Source: Octopus sinensis
Taxonomy: Eukaryota
NCBI RefSeq assembly: GCF_006345805.1
Contig: NC_043012.1
Span: 51,894,001-51,958,000, forward strand
Direction: 5' to 3'
Length of the DNA: 64,000 nt
The translations under genes and the position numbers were made by a program. Shown here piece by piece: positions 1 through 13,889 of this stretch. The notes beneath the pieces are model-generated. The model saw only the letters and a program-made list of their open reading frames with translations. It had not been told where the DNA came from and made no database searches. Positions within the stretch are counted from its first letter, which is position 1; every line of letters begins with the position of its first letter.

Positions 1-473
1 TGGATTTACTATTTACAATTTGACACAGAATAACGAAAGCCTTAATAGTGTGCATTTGAATGCAGTAAGTTACAGACTTTGTGGTAGATAACTCTCTTAG
101 GAAACTAGTATGGAGAATGGAGATCAGAATCCTTGATGATTGTGTGAGGAGATTGTTATTAATTTGTCTACTGAATAAAGCTGCTAAGTTTTTGCAAGCA
201 GATTAAAAATCTACTGTAATATCCTTCCTGTTTAATATTTTCAAATAAACATTTTACTGCGAGCTAATAAGGCATAAATTTAGGGAATACTTTTCTACGT
301 TAAATTAACAATAACACTTAAGAAAATTCATGTCAAACTTTTCTGAAGTTTTCAATAACTTTTGTTTTGAGATATATATTCCAGAATTAATTACGTATTC
401 TCTAAGAAGATTCACGGTCTGTATTTTCTGAAAGCATTCAGGATGCTAAAGCTTAATTATGACATGAACTTAC

Positions 474-488
474 AAATATTATCGCAAC
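474..488 (-). other. Candidate 15-nt micro-exon (GTTGCGATAATATTT)
   Basis: Minus strand reads ttattttcttttttcag|GTTGCGATAATATTT|gtaagt: very strong acceptor, perfect intronic donor, length a multiple of 3. No transcript evidence. Confidence 0.3.
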
Positions 489-811
489 CTGAAAAAAGAA
501 AATAATAATAAAGAAATGTGCCAAAAGATAGTAAAGTCCACGTTCTGGAATAAACACGATGAATTATCAGAAACCTTATTTATGTGAAAAGCAGCTTTCA
601 TTTTCTTTTACTGAAATTTATTCCCATCAGAAATCAAGTGAGCATCAACCGATAACCTTAGTAAATCACAGTACGTCTAGATTAATATGAATATGCATTA
701 AAATACCACTGTATACAAAAAGAAAATCTTTGTCACTCTCAAAAATGCTATCTTTAGGACAGCATGTTACAGCTGTTTTATTTTAAAATGCACAGTTATA
801 TGTTTATATGT

Positions 812-1128
812 GAGTGTGTGTGTGTGTGTGTGTGTATCTACGTATGTAGGTAGGCAGGTAGGTAGATAAGTATATATATGTATACTTAGCTACCTACCTA
901 CCTGCCTACCTACCTACCTACCTACTTACCTACCTACCTACATACATACATACATACATACATACATACATACATAGATACATACATACATACATACACA
1001 CACTCACATTTTATATATATATGCATATATATATATATATATATGCATATATATATATATATATATATATGCATATATATATATAATATATATATATATA
1101 TAATTAAATATATATATATTAATTAAAT

Positions 1129-1165
<37 letters not shown>

Positions 1166-1250
1166 TAAATATAATATATATGGACATATGTGTGTGTGAG
1201 TGTACGTGTGTGTGTGCGTGTGTGTGTAAATACTTACATACATACATACA
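812..1250. repeat. Compound microsatellite (TG)n/(TAGG)n/(CCTA)n/(TACA)n/(TA)n
   Basis: Directly visible tandem units. Confidence 0.95.
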
Positions 1251-2333
1251 TATGAAGTGGTAAATGTCTAAGAATTAAGTGTTGTACAATTTTGCGGATG
1301 TTAATTAAGTATAAATACCAAACAACTGCATTGAAGTATATATTGCTCTGTATATATAAGCCGTGCAAAACAAAATGCTATGGATAATGTTGAGAGTGAG
1401 AGAGATACAAAGAGAAAGAGAGAGCGATAAAGAGAGAATATAGACAGAGATATATCGAATAAAAAAATAACAGACAAATAGAGATGGTTTGAGAGCAAGA
1501 GAAGCATATAAAAAGAATTAGCATGGAGATATGGAAACGGTTTGTTGAAGTTAGAGAAGTGCGGACCAGAACTTCAGACAGGAAAAAAAAATTCAAGACA
1601 AGAAGAGAACAAATTAAATATAACTTGATAAATATCTTTAAAAATTACATGGAGTTATTTTTGTTTTATATTATTTTTGTTTTTGTTCTGTAAATATGCT
1701 TTTTTTTCATATGTCTATACTTCAAATTTTAACTTTATTTACGGACACTTTATCAGAATGAGATAACTGTATTGTGGGTTTTATAGCAATAAAACACATA
1801 TTTTTCACTTCCTAAGCTGAGATTAAAAAATAACAGCACAGACAAAAAAAAACTGAAAATGGATATTGATTAATAAATCATAAAGCTAAAATGTATTCCT
1901 ATATATTCACACGTGCGTATAAAGATATACAGACACACACGCAAATATACATAAACACATCTGTATATACATGTATGTGTGTATATATGCATCTATGTAT
2001 GTATCTCTATATGTGTATGTATGTTTAAACCATGTGTCTGTGAGTGTACTTACACGCACTTACACACACGTATGTGAATACAATGCGTAAAATGTTGCAT
2101 ATGTGTGTAAGTTTATGTGTTTGAACATATGTGTGTGTGTGTGTGTGTGCATATTCTTAGTTGTACACTTCACAAGGAAATCATGTGTCCCTCGGTTCGA
2201 TACCACATTGCTGGCTGGGGAACGGTCAATTACTATTTACTCTTGTTTGTCAAATAGCTTCTGAAGAAAACTTATTTCAAATAAAGAAACATATGTATTT
2301 AAGATTGTCGTGCAGCACACCTTTCAGACAGGG

Positions 2334-2860
2334 CTAGGAATTTGTTTCTACTGTGTTATATAGACTTTGAGATGACTTATCAATGTCTTGCAAATTTGGC
2401 TTTTTATATCGGTCTGAAAATCCAATGATTTTTTGGAAGGTGTAATGAAATAAAAAAAGAAACAATAAAATGTATGGAATACTATTAATGAATGGTGACT
2501 TCAATTTGCAGGCAAAGGCCAACACCTAGGGGAATTACAACCGTGTTTCGTGGTCTGCTACCACAACAGCTCCTTTATAGGATCCAGTTAGCTCCAGACA
2601 TCATCAGGAGGAACCACGTCCGGTTTCCGCCCCTACTCCTCTACCGTTTTGACGTCCCCCCCTTTCGGAGGTGTCTTCAGCTCTGGGGTTGGGGGCATGT
2701 CTTCTTTCTTCTTTCTTCTGTTCCCTGGCCTTTTCGATGTATCGTCAGCGAGTCTCAGCCGCCGACTGACTGACTTGTCAAATAATTCCCTTTAAATACC
2801 TGCCGCTAGGCTCCAGCAAGCAGCCCCAGCAAGTTGTGACATGATACTGTCTCACCTTAA
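2334..2860 (-). pseudogene. Decayed GC-rich ORF, possibly a LINE ORF1-like remnant
   Basis: GC-rich island. Stitching frames across stops/frameshifts gives TSKRPGNRRKKKEDMPPTP..AEDTSERGDVKTVEE*GRKPDVVPPDDVWS*LDPIKELLW*QTTKHGCNSPRCWPLPAN..PFINSIPY..FHYTFQKIIGFSDRYKKPNLQDIDK. It is protein-like, but I cannot assign a domain. Confidence 0.35.
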
Positions 2861-3706
2861 CTGACTAGTGAAGGCATGTTGTTTTAGCCCGCGTATTTTC
2901 TAAACGACCGTCACCTGTCAGATATAGATGTTGGGAATACACTTGCTCCCAGTTGTATTTTCACAAGGATCTTCTTTGCTATGAAAACGCCTAATTTAAC
3001 CAGAATGTCGTCAACACTCGAAGTGAAAAACTGAACATATTACAAAAACCAGGTTTCAATTTGAGCAATAAAATAGAATTTTGTTATTGGCAGAAAAAGC
3101 AGATTACATGAGTAACTAAAATTAATTAATAATAATGTTTATGACCTCAGTCGTGATTATTGATTAAAAAATTATTAATTGTAATTGGTTATTTCATTAT
3201 AATATCAAACAAAAGCAAGTGATAGTTTTTATATTACCAGCTAATAGCAACCACAGTGCAATGACAATTTAAACAGCGCTCATCTATTGAAATGCATTAA
3301 TTTCCAACAAAAATCACACTTATTGGAAGCGGTTACTACCTAACCATAATCTATTCATGCGGCCGTACGACGGATATTTATCTGTGTCAGTAATTCGTTT
3401 AATAACCAACGTCTAAATTGCACGAACGACACGCGCGCGCTCACGTGTTTGCGTCTGCAATTGGGGTTACGGTTGTGGCTGCTTGAGCGAATGTGTCTGA
3501 ATGATTATACCTGTATTAGTAGATACATTTTAGAAATCTAAGAATCAATATGACATGTGCTACTGTTATAATCTAAATGGTAGACTGGAGAATATGAAGG
3601 CCAAAAATTCATTACTAGCACACCAACATGGCCAAAGGAAACTGACTAAATAATGTCAAATACACACACACACACTCAGAGTCACACACATGTATGTATG
3701 TGTATG

Positions 3707-3710
<4 letters not shown>

Positions 3711-3793
<83 letters not shown>

Positions 3794-3794
3794 G

Positions 3795-3846
<52 letters not shown>

Positions 3847-3848
3847 GG

Positions 3849-3944
<96 letters not shown>

Positions 3945-3960
3945 TAGATATAGATAGATA
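3711..3960. repeat. Compound (TA)n(GA)n(GATA)n microsatellite
   Basis: Directly visible. Confidence 0.95.
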
Positions 3961-4399
3961 CTATAATCATTAATTAATTAATAACAATAAGTGACCAGCA
4001 GGCATTAAAGACAATAAAAGGGCAAATCCATAAATTTTATAATTAATTAATAATTATAATTGGGGTACACGAGGCACCAGTGTTGCTCTAACTGAGAATC
4101 AAAAACTACTCTAATAAGCTACCATTTCACTGAAAGTACAACAGGTCGACGAAAACCGAGGTACGAGCAAATAAATTAACTTACCATCGGGGCTGATAGT
4201 AGCAAATGAGTTTTCAGATATTTCTGCATCGTATAATTTCGAACTTTGAAATGATTCCCTTTGTTCTCATTAGCAGGTCTCACTGTTTACGTAAGGTTAA
4301 AGTTTTTACTCGCTTCATCTTTCTTGTTGATCGTTGAAAGACCAGCGGGAAATTCAAACGATGTCAGTGTATAATTTTACATAAATAAATAAATATATA

Positions 4400-4580
4400 A
4401 CCTCATTTACGGTTCAGCAAAAGATTTGGATAGTAAGTAACAGAATAAAAAAAATGTAATAAGTACCATGGTCGATTCATTCTACTAAAATTTCATCAAA
4501 GTGATGACAGCAGTCTAATTACTGAAATGGCAGCAGTCTAATTACTCTAATGGCAGCTGTCTAATTACTGAAAGAATTAA
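4400..4580 (+). mobile_element. SINE family A, degenerate 3' part with a triplicated 23-mer
   Basis: Similar to the ggttcggcaaaag...gatagaataag...ggtcgat...gcagtc(a)aatgactgaaa tail of other copies. Three tandem ggcagcagtctaattactgaaat-like units at 4506-4574. Confidence 0.6.
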
Positions 4581-4848
4581 ATCATAAAAGATATGCTATT
4601 TTCAACGCTATTTGTTTTCCCCTTCTTCACCTACGCTACAACGGCTACTAACCTGAGAGACGAATATACGGTTTGAATTGAATTTGGTACTTACATATCT
4701 GCAGTATCCCACCAACACCTCATGATGAATTAATTCTTGTTTACCTTACTGTGAACCCTATTTTATGGTACCCAGTCATTTCTGATGTCTTACGTGTTGA
4801 TGTGTCTAGATTCAATTCAACAGTTACAACTAGTTCACTTATGTGTAC

Positions 4849-4887
<39 letters not shown>

Positions 4888-5972
4888 CATATATGTATAC
4901 ATGAATGTAAGAAATGATGACTATATTTGTGCGTTCGTGTGTCTAGGTGTACGTATTTTGCTTGTCGTTGTATTATTTACACCACTACTGGTACCACTGG
5001 TAATTCAGATGAAACTAACATTGAAGTGACGTTTACAGGACTATCTTATCTAACAGTAGAGGTAACATCTTATCTGAGAGTATAGGTGGTATTTTTTAGT
5101 TCATGCCGCAGAATCTATGTACAAAATGGTGATGATAGTAACCCAAATGGGCGCATTATTAGGTTGTGAGAGTATATTATACTCTGGAGAAATGAGCCAG
5201 GGACAGATTTGTGGCAGTATATAGTAGAGGTTCTGTTGTATATGTGTGAGTTTTTGCAAATCATCAAGATTGTTTTCTACTATATATATTTTGGTTATTT
5301 TTATAGGTAAGAATGGAACTAGCAGAACAGTTTTATATATTATTGCTCCCTTGTTCTATATCCCACACTACAGATTTCCAACAAATACCAAGGATCAATG
5401 TGGCCAACATTTGTAATGATTTTAATATTTCAGTTACTTTTTTGTCTAATACTATACAGGCTGGAATTAAACATTATTTCCTTGGTAAGAGAGGGATGCT
5501 TTTTTTGAGACATGAGTATAATTTCACCATGTAGGAATGTTTCATGGTCTCTATTCATCTGGTCGTACTGTTTAGGCATGACGTGTTAAAGACACATACG
5601 CTTGACATTTGTATGCAGAAGGCTAAACAGGAGTGAAAGTGGTATTATATGCATAGAATTTGCGTTGTTGGAGCTGACAAAATGTACTTTGCAAATTTAC
5701 AAGGGAAAAGGTATCAGGGAAGTTCATAAATTGTCCTGAAAACTTTCATTCTAAACAAGGTAAGATATAAATGATGACTTTAATTAATGCATAGCAGCTG
5801 ACTCACTTTTGTAATTCTAAATACATTTTGGTATCATTTCAGTAAATTTCCATCTACATAAAATTAGAATAAAATCTATTTTTTCTTCTGCCAGAAAAAA
5901 AATCTGGTATATTTTAGAAAACAGTGAGACTGGAATTTATCCCATCTCACCTAGAAAATGATCAATCTAAAC

Positions 5973-6303
5973 CAATGGTTCTCAACCGGGGTCAATATGA
6001 CCCAAATAAGATTTATGTAGGTAGCTGCATCAGAATAGTAAATTGGGTATCTTCAACAGTACTTTAAGTATCCCTGAAAAAAAATTGCTTTCGATGTATG
6101 TATTGGTATATATAGCAAGAAACACATATGTTTCTTTCTCTAACATAGTTTAACCTCCACAAGTTGATGTGTGAAAAACAAAAAGGAATTTTGAAAAAGT
6201 TTCTATAAAACCAGTTTTTAAACATCGAATGATTATAGGGTCCACCTGAATAAAATAGTAATCGAAGGGATCCATAGATGAAAAAAATGGTCGAGAATCC
6301 CTG
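5973..6303. mobile_element. hAT-like MITE (~330 bp)
   Basis: Left end caatggttctcaacc and right end ggtcgagaatccctg (rc cagggattctcgacc) resemble CAGGGGTTCTCAACC-type hAT TIRs. Internal ggg(g/a)tcca subterminal motifs. The 8-bp TSD is not preserved. Confidence 0.6.
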
Positions 6304-7139
6304 TTAGATTTTAAAGAATAGTAGAGATTCCAAAACTGTAATATCCGCAATCATCATATAAGCACACTAATATTTCTTTAAACTGTTTCTAGAACAGTAA
6401 CGTCAGGAATGTCTTACAAATCTCTTAATACATTTTCAACATTTTATTTTAAATATGTTTCTTTTTAAAAGAAAGGAACTATTGTTTCATAAGATATATA
6501 CTGCCAGCAACGAAACAACGGTATGATTTTACTAAGAATGTTGGAAAGTTCAGTAGCGTAGCATACAAAAGCTGTATAGGTATTCAGAGAACATCCTCGA
6601 AGGAGCAATAAATTTCGTAAGCGGCCATTTTGTTTGAATAATTGTAGGTAGTTGGAGATGATTTCCAATAAATCCAGCAAAACCGCTAGTCTACGTAGTT
6701 CAGTGACGTTTTATACAGGGCAATTAATTTTACTGCTAATGAGAGAGAAGTCTTAATTATTGGCACAGGTATTTTATATATCGAAATGTTCAACATGTCG
6801 CAATTACTCACAGAGTAATTACATTTACTTCCAGTGGTAAATTAGAAGTATTTCTCAATATATATATATATATATATATGTGGGGGGGTGTGGGTGTGGG
6901 GGGTGTGGGGGTGGGGGGTGCGAGTGTGTGTGTGAGTGTGTGTGTGTGCGAATATATATATGTATTTATCTATCTATCGTTCAATCTATATATATATATA
7001 TATATGTATGTATGTAGTATGTATGTATGTATGTATGTATGTATGTAGAAAGATAGATAAATATATAGACATATACGTATACATATGCATGTATGTATAT
7101 ATGAATGTGTACCTATGTGTATACTTACATGACTATATA

Positions 7140-7211
<72 letters not shown>

Positions 7212-7727
7212 CCAACATGTATAATCTTATTTATGTTTGGATATATATAATTGTTTCTCTGTATCAGCTAGGTTTTCAGAATTTGGTTGTACATTGAATT
7301 AACCTTAAAACTTTAAGTGTTACCTAGACAGTTGTAGCACCGTATCCGTAACGTAATTACCAGAAGCAAACAATGTCACCCAAATTGTGATAGTTCTCTT
7401 TATGTACAATGCAACAGATGGGTATCTATACAATTTCAATCGCTGCTATGTCACACAAAACTTAAGCGTCTGTATACATTCATATATATATACGCACGTA
7501 TATATATATATGGATTTTAGTTTGGCTGGGATCTTCTATATATGTGTGATTGTTAGATTTAAAGGTATAAAACCTTTATGTCTATAATTTGAAAATAAAT
7601 ACAATTCGGTGCTCCAGCATGGTCGCAGTCAAATGACTGAAACCAGTAAAAGAATAATTTGAATTTGGTGAAGATAACCTATGATCCAAAATCTTAAATG
7701 TCGATCAATTAGCAATAATTAGGTGCA

Positions 7728-8100
7728 TACGTGACAGTGGTAAGTAGTTTTCGTTCTCAACAATATGGTTCTGGGTTCAGTCTCATTCCATGACACCTTC
7801 AGCAAGTGTCGTCTACTATAGCCTCGAGCTAACTGAAGTATTGCGGGTGGATTTGGAAGACAGAAACTGACAGAAGACCATCTTACATATGCGTGTGTCT
7901 TTGTTTCTCAATTTTACCAAGTCCACCGCTTCACAACTGATGTCGGTGTGTTTACGTCCCATTACTTAGCGCTTCGACGAAAAAGACCGATAGAATAAAT
8001 ACCAAGCTTTAAAAAATAAGTACTAAGATCGATTCCTTCGACTAGCATTCTTCTAGGCAATGGTCTACTACAGCCGCATTCGAACGACTGAAAAATTTGG
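7728..8100 (+). mobile_element. SINE family A (tRNA-like head), degenerate
   Basis: Colinear with the better-preserved copies at 31398 and 39435. Confidence 0.8.
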
Positions 8101-8380
8101 AAGTAAACATAAATCAAAATTAGCAAAACTGAAACGGATATAAAATATAGAAATGAAATTCAGATGGATTAAATGTTAATATAACTGAAATATTAATAAT
8201 AATTTTAAAAACTTAAATAATCTAATTTTAAAATTCCATGATATAAATAATAGTAATAATTCTTATAAAATATCAATTGCTAAATCTTGCAGTAAATCCA
8301 ATAGTAATAACATTTCGAAGTTTAAGCAAAGAATGGAATAATACAATCCGGTTGAATATATTAAAATTCTCTTCATATTT

Positions 8381-8500
8381 TGGTACAAGTCCTGCTAACT
8401 TGAGACTTGGGAAGTCAATTAAATCACCTGCAGTGCTCAGCAGGTACTTCTTTTCATCGGAAAGGGTGAAAGGTAAAGCCGGCATCAGTGACATTATAAT
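8381..8500 (-). mobile_element. SINE family B, old fragment
   Basis: Resembles the reverse complement of the gactttgcctttcatcctttc...agtaccag...gtcgat core. Confidence 0.55.
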
Positions 8501-8849
8501 CCAGAGAATATGATCAGAAGATTATATCCGGTGCGGTAACTATTCTTCCAGATCGTCGCTTTATTTGGGTATATTATACGTATTAAGTATACCGGACCTA
8601 GGAGGCAAACATATCCTATTAAAATAGGGTGCACTAATCATCACACCATTTATAAGAGAAATATTTTAAAAAGTTCTTCTAAATAAACGTAAATACCTGA
8701 ACGTTCATTAAATAATTTTATTCCATCTTTTGGATTTGGAAGTAAGGATACTCAGTCACTCCACGATGCAAAATTTCACTACTGGTGGATTAATATGTTT
8801 CATTGATCTTCTTATCTAAGAGCTCATTTGTAAGAGATATACAAATCTG

Positions 8850-9665
8850 ACTATACTTTCCTTTTATTTCATTTTATCCATAATATCTGTGTTGGTTCTT
8901 TTATTTTTGCATTTGGTAAAATCACAACCCAGCATCATGATTTTATTCAGTTATCGTTTGAGCAGGCACTTGGTTAATGCATGCATTTTCTCAGATATGC
9001 AGTTTACAAAAACTAGAAATATGTTAACACATGTTTCTGTCGATTCCCTTTAAAGATCGAGTTTATTACTATGACCATTTCTGTTACAGTTTTACTTCAA
9101 ATGTCAGGAAACTTTTATTTTTCGAGTTAAATTATCTGCTTGAGAAGATTAACTACACTCTCAGATATTATGAGTACTGACTGCGTAAATAAATTTTGAT
9201 ATATAATCTTATTACGGAGAACCCTTAACAGTCATATCATTTATTGTCTCGTTTAGTCTTCGTTTGTTATTTCATCTACGTTCGCAACAACTTAGCGTGA
9301 TATATATTCATGAATACCTAAATATTTGTATCATCCATACCGTGGAAAAAAAGATATATTAGTAGACCATTGTAACAGACGTTTGTTCGATAAAGTTTTC
9401 TTTCTCCATCGATACTCAGGTATCGACAATTTTAAGGTCTCATTCTATAGCTATGTTCTCAGAAACTTGCACGTTTAAATACTTCAAGCATAAATACACA
9501 AGACCGGATCCTTCACAGAGTACTTATGCGTTCCATTAGCGTCCTTTGCTATTCTAAAACCCATGACGTAACCAGAGAAAGTAAAATTTCATGACAGGGA
9601 ATTTCGTGATAAAACAAGGAGAAAGCAATCCTCGAGTAATATTCCTTTTGGAATACTTATAACAT
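8850..9665 (-). mobile_element. Decayed LINE RT fragment, R4/Dong-like
   Basis: Minus-strand pieces ISIPKGILLEDCFLL (cf. GIFQGDSLSPLLF), SENIAIE (cf. FSxDIxMEFG), YKYLGIHE, QYSxNI and RKIKxFLT, in the expected order with many lesions. Confidence 0.6.
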
Positions 9666-10025
9666 TGGAGACAACCATTCAACCTTCAGTTCTCCATATA
9701 AAAATTGAAGTCAGGTTATCGTGATTTTATAGTATGTATGTTTGTGTGTATATATATATATATATATACACACATATTTCCTAACGCCTAACATATAACA
9801 TCGTATGAATATGAGATTCCCTACAACACTTCGCCAAAAACAACCATATCCTTCAGTAATAAACATATTCCTTTTCAAGCAATTAGCATTCTCTTCTAAT
9901 AATCTAAAAACTGCACATGGTATTTTACAGTGAGAGTGAACTGGTAAACTTAGGGTTCGAAGTAACTTCTTAGTATACATACATTTGTTTCTGAGTCCTT
10001 ACTTGTACATATATATATATATAAT

Positions 10026-10111
<86 letters not shown>

Positions 10112-10114
<3 letters not shown>

Positions 10115-10299
10115 GCCATGATAGATCGGTAGCCATACACACGTTTTTTTCTCTCCTTGTTTCTTTCTGTGTTCTTTTCTGTGGAAGAGCGTAGGCTCGA
10201 AACGTAAAAGACTTTTTCAATTCGTGAGCGTTATACTAATACATCTGTTTGATTTCTACACCACCCGTCTTCGTCTTTTGTTTTTTTTTCGTGAATTCT

Positions 10300-10302
<3 letters not shown>
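10112..10302 (+). mobile_element. ~190-bp element in (TA)n carrying a minimal hammerhead-like motif (Penelope pLTR/retrozyme-like)
   Basis: Flanked on both sides by (TA)n. Motif at 10172-10211: ucuuuu CUGUGGA A GAGC-GUAG-GCUC GAAAC GUA aaaga. Confidence 0.65.
10172..10211 (+). ncRNA. Minimal type I hammerhead-like motif with variant core (CUGUGGA)
   Basis: Perfect 4-bp stem II with tetraloop, GAAAC-GUA loopless stem III, 3-5 bp stem I. Core position A6 is U. Confidence 0.55.
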
Positions 10303-10336
<34 letters not shown>

Positions 10337-11035
10337 CTACATTGCACACACATGCAAGGAAGGATGTGTGTGTATTAGCATGTGTGATGGTGCTGAGATT
10401 TAGTGATTAACTGGGATGGACCATTTTACGTCAACATATTAAAAATCAAACTAATCAATGAATTAACCCTTGCAGCAAAGATAAATATATATTTTGCGTA
10501 TGCGTGTCTGTGTGCATCTGTGTACACACACTCGCATAGATACATACCTATTACATATATACATATATATCTAAATACATTTCTGTGTGTATTTATATAC
10601 GTGTATATATGTATTCATACAGGAAAAAAAAAACTTAATCTTTCTTCATATTAATCAGTGTTCAGCCATCGGCAATTAGAGGTCAATTCCCTTCAAGATT
10701 GAATATATTAATGATAATCCCCGCCACCTTCGTCGTTCGAATCAACATCCTGAATTAATATATCTAAAATAGAAATAATTTTCTTTTTTTCCTTTTTTCT
10801 TAAATTCAGAAACTTCAAATTATGTTAATATTGTTCAAAACCTTTCAGCTTTTATAAATTATTTCGGTAGATGTGTTAAACATTTCCTTCACCAACGCCT
10901 TTGCATACGTTTACTTTTATATAATTCTTGGCGCCTTCTTTCATTTTTAGCCCATGCGTGTGTATTTATGTGCATCTGTCTACGTGTGAGTGTGAGCAGT
11001 ATTTTATTGTATGAAAATTATATTTTATTTCTTAC

Positions 11036-11057
11036 CTGTTTATCTCGCACAGGTAAA
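11036..11057 (-). other. Candidate 22-nt micro-exon (TTTACCTGTGCGAGATAAACAG)
   Basis: atatttctatttcag|exon|gtaaga, with a CAG|GTAAGA donor. Confidence 0.35.
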
Positions 11058-11508
11058 CTGAAATAGAAATATTTGGAAATATTTTACTCCTTTTCTGATT
11101 AAATTTTGTTTTACAGATGCAAATTGCAAAAAAAGTGATTCATTTTTTTTTCTCTCTGATTCATGATCAAATAGTTGCGAAGCAGTACGTTCCAAATCTT
11201 ATGGATATTCATAACATTGAATTCATGAAATTTTAATAAGTAAAAGGAATTTGACTTCTGCAAATACGTTGAGACTCAAAATTTGGTTAGTAGATATGCA
11301 CGCGAGTGCTGTGTCTGGAGACATTCGATTTCGAATATTGTTCGAGCGTAAAAAATTGTCAACATATGCGTATATGTATATGTATGAGTGTGTGTTTGTA
11401 CCTGTGTGTGTATTTACGTATACGTATGTAAATATGTATATATATATAATGTATGCATGCATATATAAATAAGTATATATATATATATATACATATAAAT
11501 ACACACAT

Positions 11509-12000
<492 letters not shown>

Positions 12001-12954
12001 AGCAATACAAGAATACATACATGTACGTACACACGCACACACATATATATCAGAAAAGAATATTCATCGTCTCTCGCTAACTAGTAGTTCTATCTTCCTG
12101 TTGCTAAATTCAAATTTATTACAACTACCTTACCACTGAATGAAGCAAAAGACAGAATCACATTCAGTAATTATAGAGAAACAACACTGAGGTTAATTAC
12201 TCAGCCATATCTTAGGTTTTAAGAACGACGACTAAGTCTGCTGTAACATAAATTTACTGAATGTTAAAAATAAACTTCGAGGACTGCTTATCTCAACTCC
12301 TATTTAGAAATACAGGGGCTGCTAAAAATTCTAGACCTGTTATGATCTGATTAGACCTCGTCACCTAAATTTTTGTTCGATTCATTTTACTCGAAAGCAT
12401 ACACATTATTCTGTGTGAAATATTTTAGACCTTATAAAAATGGTTAACTAAAAAGCAATTGCAGTTATAATGTAGGTTTGAGGAAATTGTTGCTTTAATA
12501 AATGACATTATACTTGAGATAGGTAATTTGTAAAGAGTAAAGTGCACTGAAGCTATTAGTGTGATTGTAAGGAAAAGGAATCAAAAGTTCCAGGTGCTCA
12601 CACACCTACATATTTGTAGATGAATGTGCGTGCGCGAGCATGTGTCTGTTGTGTATTTATGTAGAAGCACGCATGTACAGTCTCATGAACATATATGTGT
12701 ATATATATTTACACATTAATGCATTATTGCACACCTGCCATACACACGCAAGGTGAATCGCTCTCACACAGATATACACCTAGACACGTTCACAAACACA
12801 AAGAGATATTAGAGGTAATTGTAAAGAGATGTAGACACGTAACTAAAGAAGGAGGAGGAAAAGTGAGACACAGAGGTTGAGGAACAGGATGCGAGAAATA
12901 ACGTGTGTGAAGGTTGGGAGGATTGTGAAGGGAGACAGGATTATTTTAACTTAC

Positions 12955-12977
12955 CTCCAAATATAACGAAGACAAAC
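12955..12977 (-). other. Candidate 23-nt micro-exon (GTTTGTCTTCGTTATATTTGGAG)
   Basis: aaatatctttcag|exon|gtaagt, with a GAG|GTAAGT donor. All three frames are open. Confidence 0.35.
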
Positions 12978-13516
12978 CTGAAAGATATTTTTGATATTTT
13001 ACTTGAATATAGAACACTTGTCAATCAATCAATTTCCTTCAAGCACTGTCAAAGTATCATTGTATTTTTAACATGAATTATTTGCCCTAGACTTTGCTCT
13101 ATATATAAATATATAGATCTGTCTCTCCCTCTATGTATTAATCTATCTTTCTCTGAATGTATGTATGTATAAATGTATATGTGTGTTGTGCGTGTGTGTG
13201 TGTGTGTTGTTTATTTATAATCTGTTTCCCCAGCTGATTGCAGTTACATTTGATTTCTCGGATGATTATTCTTGATGTTGTAGTTGTCATGTTAGTGCTT
13301 TGTGTTGCTGTTGTTGTTGCCGGTACAGGCTTTTATTTACCTATTTATTGTTTTACGCTTAAGTGACACAAACATTGAAATTCATACAGATTACATTCTT
13401 CTTGAAGTAATGGAAAGTCAAATGATTTTTTTAAAAAATTTAATAGGAATTATACAGTTATGATATATACACTAGCATATAAAACCCCATTAACAGGAAT
13501 AGTTACGTATTCAGTG

Positions 13517-13544
13517 TTATATATATATATATATATATATATAG

Positions 13545-13593
<49 letters not shown>

Positions 13594-13790
13594 CAGACAA
13601 CAAACATACATATTCACTGTCAGACATCTACGTAGATATAGTTAAATGGATAGATAGGTACATAGATAGATAGATAGATAGATACATACATACATACATG
13701 CATACATACATACATACATACATACATACATACATACATACATACATACATACATACATACATGCATACATACATACATACATACATATG
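13517..13790. repeat. Compound (TA)n(GATA)n(GA)n and (TACA)n microsatellites
   Basis: Directly visible. Confidence 0.95.
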
Positions 13791-13889
13791 TACAATTACT
13801 TACATATACAGTCTTGGCTGGTTGGCTGAGAAGCACATTTCGCAACCACGTAGTCTCGGTTCCAGTCACACAGTACGTCATTTTGGGTT

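Noticed and set aside
2251-2305. CUGAAGA...GAAAC-AUAU-GUA on the plus strand
   Set aside because: Stem I does not pair and stem II does not close next to the core. Compatible with chance.
2535-2650. Apparent type III hammerhead on the minus strand, and two more CUGANGA motifs at 2675 and 2742
   Set aside because: The 10.1-11.1 pair is U-C, stem III needs bulges, and the other two have no room for stem II. The motifs are explained by NCT-GAN-GAN-type acidic codons in the decayed ORF.
5945-5960. TTTTCTAG|GTGAG juxtaposition on the minus strand (recursive-splice-like)
   Set aside because: Single short motif expected by chance, with no supporting evidence.
12310-12335. tacaggggctgctaaaaattc, resembling a Tc1/mariner terminus
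   Set aside because: No matching second TIR found.
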